A DNA stretch of 64,000 bases, taken from contig CP060223.1 in the NCBI GenBank assembly GCA_023898465.1, forward strand, positions 800,001 to 864,000, in the 5' to 3' direction. The notes beneath the pieces were generated by a model. That model was not told the DNA's origin. It made no database searches and worked only from the letters and a program-made list of their open reading frames with translations. This document shows, piece after piece, positions 60,242-64,000 of the stretch. Source of the stretch: Candidatus Nomurabacteria bacterium. Its GTDB lineage: Bacteria; Patescibacteriota; Patescibacteriia; HK-STAS-PATE-3. The translations under genes were made by a program, and so were the position numbers. The first letter of the stretch is position 1, and each line of letters opens with the position of its first letter.

Positions 60242-63200
60242 CTAGACGAGTTCAGTTGCTTTTGGCTTTGGTTCTCGCTTGAATACTCGATAGAGTACTG
60301 GAATCACTATCAAGGTTCCAATAGTCGAGAAAATCAATCCGGAAATAATAGCCGTCCCTAAGCCTTGCCAGAAAGGATCAACCAAAGTTAATGGAATGAT
60401 ACCACCAATAGTCGTAATTGAGGTGGAGAAAATCGGCTTGAAACGACTATAGCCAGTGTGCACCAATACATCCACCCAAGTCGCTTCCGGCATAGCTTTC
60501 CGATGTCGATTCATAGCGTCGATAAATACAATTGCATCATTCACCACCACACCCACTAAAGCGATAACACCGAGTCCAGAAATCATATTCAAGCTACTTC
60601 CAACAATATGCAATCCAGGGAAAACACCAATCATGGCTAAAGGCACGGTGAAGAGAATAAGCAATGGCTGCATAAAGGAGTTAAACTGATTCACCAATAC
60701 GAGATAGACAAAGATCATCGCTAGGATAAATACAATCTGAAGATTTGAGTAGTCTTCTTGGAAGGTAGCGAGAGCGCCACCATAGATAACCCCATCAGAA
60801 GCTAGACCTAGTTCATCAAGCTTTTCAGTTGAAAGGTAATCCTTTACAGCTTGATCAAGTTCAGCTTGTGCCGTGTCCGGAGCATCCTCAGTTAATTTTA
60901 CGTTAATGGTTGCGACTCGCTCACCGTCTACTCGGGAGATCTGTACGGGTGCAGTAACCTCTTCAATGGTCGCCACATCTTGGAGTTGAACGATCCGTCC
61001 GCTCAGGGTAGGAAGAGCTAAGGCTTTCAAGTCATCAACTGAATCAGTGGAGGCATCAGAGAAGCGAAGATATAAATCATCAGACACGCCATCATTTCGA
61101 ACCACAAAGCTTCCAATCTTCTGCTCAGTAAACACTGCGTTAATTGCGCCAGCTGCCACCAAAGGATTTACACCTTGGGCTTGCAGCCTATTTTCATCGA
61201 GCGCCACGCGGACTGATGGCTGCGATAACTCTTCAAGTCCATTTTCTACTTCGGCGACATGCTCTTGATCTTGAATAAACCCAACAAGATCATTCGCTGC
61301 GTTGGTTAGTACTCCTGAATCAGTACTTAATAATTCAACAACCAAATCAAAGGTTGGCTCTGGAGGTCCATACGAAGCGTCATTCGCTTCAATTTGAATT
61401 TCCGGATCGATTTCAGCTCGAACTGCATCCAATCGTTCGTTATAAACATCAACAATTTCGTGAATAGTCATCCCGTCAGTCCGATCAACCGGTTCGGTAA
61501 AGGTCATGTATAAGGTTGTGCCAAAACTGTAGAAGTTTTCGAAGTAGGGCAGCTCAATTGCAACATCTTGTGATCGAACAATCACGTCCTTTTGTTCTTC
61601 AAAAGGCGTTCCGGTTGGGAATTCAAACTCAGTCAAAATCACATTCCCGTCATTTGATGGGAATTGCTCAAACTTCAACATTGGTGCAAAAACACCAAAG
61701 CTAACAACGAGTAATACTGTGGTGACGCCAATCACTGCCCATCGCTTCCATGTGCTTGGTAACACCGCGCGCATAAAGTTCGCGTACTTGGCCCGAATCA
61801 AATCAAGGAAACGCTGGCCGTAAAATACAACCGCTGGGAACACTGTTGCCTTTTCCCACGACTTCAACTTTCGGCCCATTTTTTCTTCTTTGGTTTCCTT
61901 TTTCAAGAAAGCCCGGCCGAGTACTGGAGTGACTGAAATGGCCAGCAAGTAAGAAACGAGCAGAGTGATAATGATCGTGAACGGGATAAACTTCAGGAAT
62001 GCACCAATAATTCCGCCAAGCATAGCAAAAGGAATAAACACAATAACTGTAGTGATTGTGGCTGCAGTGACTGCTGGACCAAATTTGTGGATAGCAGTGA
62101 GCGCAGCTTCCCCTTTACTCGCGCCGTGATCAATTTCGTGCACAATCCCTTCAGCAATCACAATCGCGTTATCAACCAAAATACCGAGAGTCAAAATCAA
62201 CGCGAACAGCGTCAGAATATTGAAGCTGAAGCCGATCATGTTCAAGATAAAGAAGGTGGTCAAGAAGGCCAGCGGAATAATTAAAGCGACGACAAAAGCA
62301 GTCCGGAGGTTGATAAAGAAAAGCAGCACTAAGAGAATAAGCACTAAACCAAGGTAGCCATTATTCACTAAGCTCGAAATCTGATCTTCAATAAATGGAG
62401 CAGTATCATAGAGCGTGACTACTTCAACACCTTCCGGCAAAACTTGATCATTCTTGATTTCCTGAATTGCTGCGGAGGTCGCATCTTTAATTCGAATAAT
62501 ATCGCCGTCAGCTTTTTTGTAGACTAATAAGTAGACCGACTCCCGGGAGTAGGCTTGGCCATCCTTTTTATATCCGCCAAAGTGAATTGATTCATTATCT
62601 TTTGGTTGGCGAGTAATTTCAGCAATATCACCAAGACTGACTCGGCCAAATGAAATTTTAGCCAAGGCATCTAAAGAAGTGACTGGTGCGACTACATTAA
62701 TTGCTTGTCGTCGACCATCCTCAGTTTCAACTCGTCCACCAGGGAGCGAGGTAATAAATGCCTGGACAGTTTGTTGAATTTGATCTGCGCTTAATCCAGC
62801 AGCGGCTACTGCTGAACCGTCTAAGGTAATTTGAACTTGATATTCATTCTCCGGAACAACATCGATTCGATCAATTTCGCTACTGGCATTTTCTAAGCGA
62901 GGCTGTACTGTATCAACAAAAGCAAGCAAGTCGTTGGTTGATTCACCATTACTCCCAACAATACCATAGGCAATTGCCGGCCCAGTCACATCAAGCATCT
63001 CTGTATTTACTTCCACATTCTCCGGTAGGCTCAGGCTATTTAATTCTTCGTTGATTGTAGCTGCAGCTGCCTCGGTCTTTGGAACCGACTCCATCTCGAT
63101 TGTCAGAAAGCCAAAGTTGTTTGAAGCATTCGATCGAATACTTCCGACGCCATCAACTTGTTCAACAACTTGTTCAATTGGGATAACTACTTCGCGCTCA

Positions 63201-63397
63201 ACATCGGCCGAAGAAGCACCAGGATATACCGCTTGTACAAAAATATAATTCGTTGGGATTTGCGGGAAATCCTGACGTTGGTTATTGCTCAATCCCCAAA
63301 AACCACCTAAGAGGATGGCAATTAAAAGAAGGATGGTCACCCGATAGCGGGTCAGGAAGAAATTTGACCACCGAACAAGAAAAGATTGTTTATCCAT
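60242..63397 (-). CDS. RND-family efflux transporter permease (AcrB/HAE1-like)
   Basis: 1051 aa. 12 TM in a 1+5/1+5 arrangement with two large periplasmic loops. Confidence 0.85.
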   Translation of the reverse strand: MDKQSFLVRWSNFFLTRYRVTILLLIAILLGGFWGLSNNQRQDFPQIPTNYIFVQAVYPGASSADVEREVVIPIEQVVEQVDGVGSIRSNASNNFGFLTIEMESVPKTEAAAATINEELNSLSLPENVEVNTEMLDVTGPAIAYGIVGSNGESTNDLLAFVDTVQPRLENASSEIDRIDVVPENEYQVQITLDGSAVAAAGLSADQIQQTVQAFITSLPGGRVETEDGRRQAINVVAPVTSLDALAKISFGRVSLGDIAEITRQPKDNESIHFGGYKKDGQAYSRESVYLLVYKKADGDIIRIKDATSAAIQEIKNDQVLPEGVEVVTLYDTAPFIEDQISSLVNNGYLGLVLILLVLLFFINLRTAFVVALIIPLAFLTTFFILNMIGFSFNILTLFALILTLGILVDNAIVIAEGIVHEIDHGASKGEAALTAIHKFGPAVTAATITTVIVFIPFAMLGGIIGAFLKFIPFTIIITLLVSYLLAISVTPVLGRAFLKKETKEEKMGRKLKSWEKATVFPAVVFYGQRFLDLIRAKYANFMRAVLPSTWKRWAVIGVTTVLLVVSFGVFAPMLKFEQFPSNDGNVILTEFEFPTGTPFEEQKDVIVRSQDVAIELPYFENFYSFGTTLYMTFTEPVDRTDGMTIHEIVDVYNERLDAVRAEIDPEIQIEANDASYGPPEPTFDLVVELLSTDSGVLTNAANDLVGFIQDQEHVAEVENGLEELSQPSVRVALDENRLQAQGVNPLVAAGAINAVFTEQKIGSFVVRNDGVSDDLYLRFSDASTDSVDDLKALALPTLSGRIVQLQDVATIEEVTAPVQISRVDGERVATINVKLTEDAPDTAQAELDQAVKDYLSTEKLDELGLASDGVIYGGALATFQEDYSNLQIVFILAMIFVYLVLVNQFNSFMQPLLILFTVPLAMIGVFPGLHIVGSSLNMISGLGVIALVGVVVNDAIVFIDAMNRHRKAMPEATWVDVLVHTGYSRFKPIFSTSITTIGGIIPLTLVDPFWQGLGTAIISGLIFSTIGTLIVIPVLYRVFKREPKPKATELV

Positions 63398-63482
63398 TTT
63401 TTCTTAAAAACCTTTGTTTAAAATTGAAAATCCCTAAATAGGGCCGGCTACAGTATGCGCTAAGCCAGTATTTTTGTAAAGA

Positions 63483-63516
63483 AAAAGCCCGCCTCTGTAT
63501 ACCACAGGGCGGGCCA
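63483..63516 (-). terminator. rho-independent terminator (gcccgcc…ggcgggc; T-run on minus strand)
   Basis: 7-bp GC stem flanked by AAAAA (forward). Confidence 0.5.
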
Positions 63517-63547
63517 TATATGACTTTCTTTGTACATCTCCCTCCAC

Positions 63548-63979
63548 TTAGCTAGCGGACTGCTCAATTGGCAGACTGAGCAACAGTCTCCCCTCAGCAA
63601 CCGTCACCCGCACTCCAGACTCCTCCAGGGTCCCCAGGGCGGCGTGCAACTCCCGCATATCAGCCAAGGACAAGGCTGCATCACCGTTGCTTACCCTGAG
63701 TCCTAGCGCCTCGACTTTTGCCACCGCATCAATTGCTTCGCGCAATTTCTCCGGCCCAGTCCCGTTTCCAAGAATGTGCGCGTGTATGCGGACAATTTCT
63801 ACTGCGTTGGAGAATGTAGTAGCAGGCAAGGTAGGTTCGAGAACCTTCTTCAATGATGTGGCTACCTCATTCCCAGGCACTACCTCGGCAGCGGTCGAAC
63901 TTGTTGCGTCGTCTTCCTCCACCTCAGGCGTATCCTTGTCATCACCCAGTGGAGGAACAGGATCGGTCGCTTCTCCCAC
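63548..63979 (-). CDS. hypothetical protein, GC-rich, C-terminal part (gene runs off the window edge)
   Basis: ORF open to the window boundary. About 62% GC. No recognisable motif. Confidence 0.3.
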   Translation of the reverse strand: MGEATDPVPPLGDDKDTPEVEEDDATSSTAAEVVPGNEVATSLKKVLEPTLPATTFSNAVEIVRIHAHILGNGTGPEKLREAIDAVAKVEALGLRVSNGDAALSLADMRELHAALGTLEESGVRVTVAEGRLLLSLPIEQSAS

Positions 63980-64000
63980 TTCTGCTGTTGGAGAAACATC

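Overview
This 64 kb window looks like a compact genome from an uncultivated bacterium. The backbone is about 45-50% GC and mostly housekeeping and envelope genes. At least ten short islands of about 58-62% GC, carrying orphan genes (no recognisable homologues), are spliced into it.

Backbone genes, in order:
- A complete Rrf2-regulated suf operon on the minus strand: Rrf2 regulator, ferredoxin, sufC, sufB, a short SufD, a Rieske protein, sufS and sufU.
- An ATP-cone/Mrr-like restriction endonuclease, a C39-like peptidase, a surface protein and an L,D-transpeptidase.
- truB, uvrA and a glycerophosphodiester phosphodiesterase.
- A divergent 16S rRNA gene on the minus strand with no 23S gene in the 6-7 kb downstream of it.
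- A DedA-family protein, trmD, a TrbC/VirB2-like pilin, a KH-domain protein and rpsP.
- A short SMC protein carrying an acidic insert.
- An 867-aa amidase_2 cell-wall protein, a secreted protein with a T9SS-like C-terminal sorting domain, a P-type ATPase and a CPA2 antiporter.
- A glycan cluster: three Wzy-like genes, a GT2 and a GT4 glycosyltransferase and a Wzx flippase.
- tRNA-Glu(UUC), a zur-znuACB operon, a pilin-like gene and an RND transporter.

Main points of interest:
1. A GC-rich island (6250-8235) holds a 2-TM basic protein, then a roughly 280-nt ORF-free unit bounded by its own promoter and terminator, then an operon of three tandem, diverged 90-aa paralogues. The paralogues share conserved motifs: NCVVI, (V/I)L(V/I)xCxC and FLxxHxxGH.
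2. Island genes carry canonical GGAGG Shine-Dalgarno (SD) sites; most backbone genes checked do not.
3. Three copies of a REP-like palindromic element (core gccaaggcgtctcggccttggc). Two flank a histidine-phosphatase gene. The third sits in-frame inside a RAYT/IS200-like HUH tyrosine-transposase gene.
4. A tandem trio of paralogues each ending in a PEP-utilising phosphohistidine swivel domain, with a separate mini PPDK_N-like ATP-grasp gene. A 330-nt structured, ORF-free spacer splits the cluster.
5. A GC island with two pseudo-receiver (REC-like) paralogues and a stand-alone acyl carrier protein next to the tRNA.
6. A 133-nt three-way palindromic element between truB and the L,D-transpeptidase gene.

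No CRISPR array was found. Coordinates are approximate, from manual reading.
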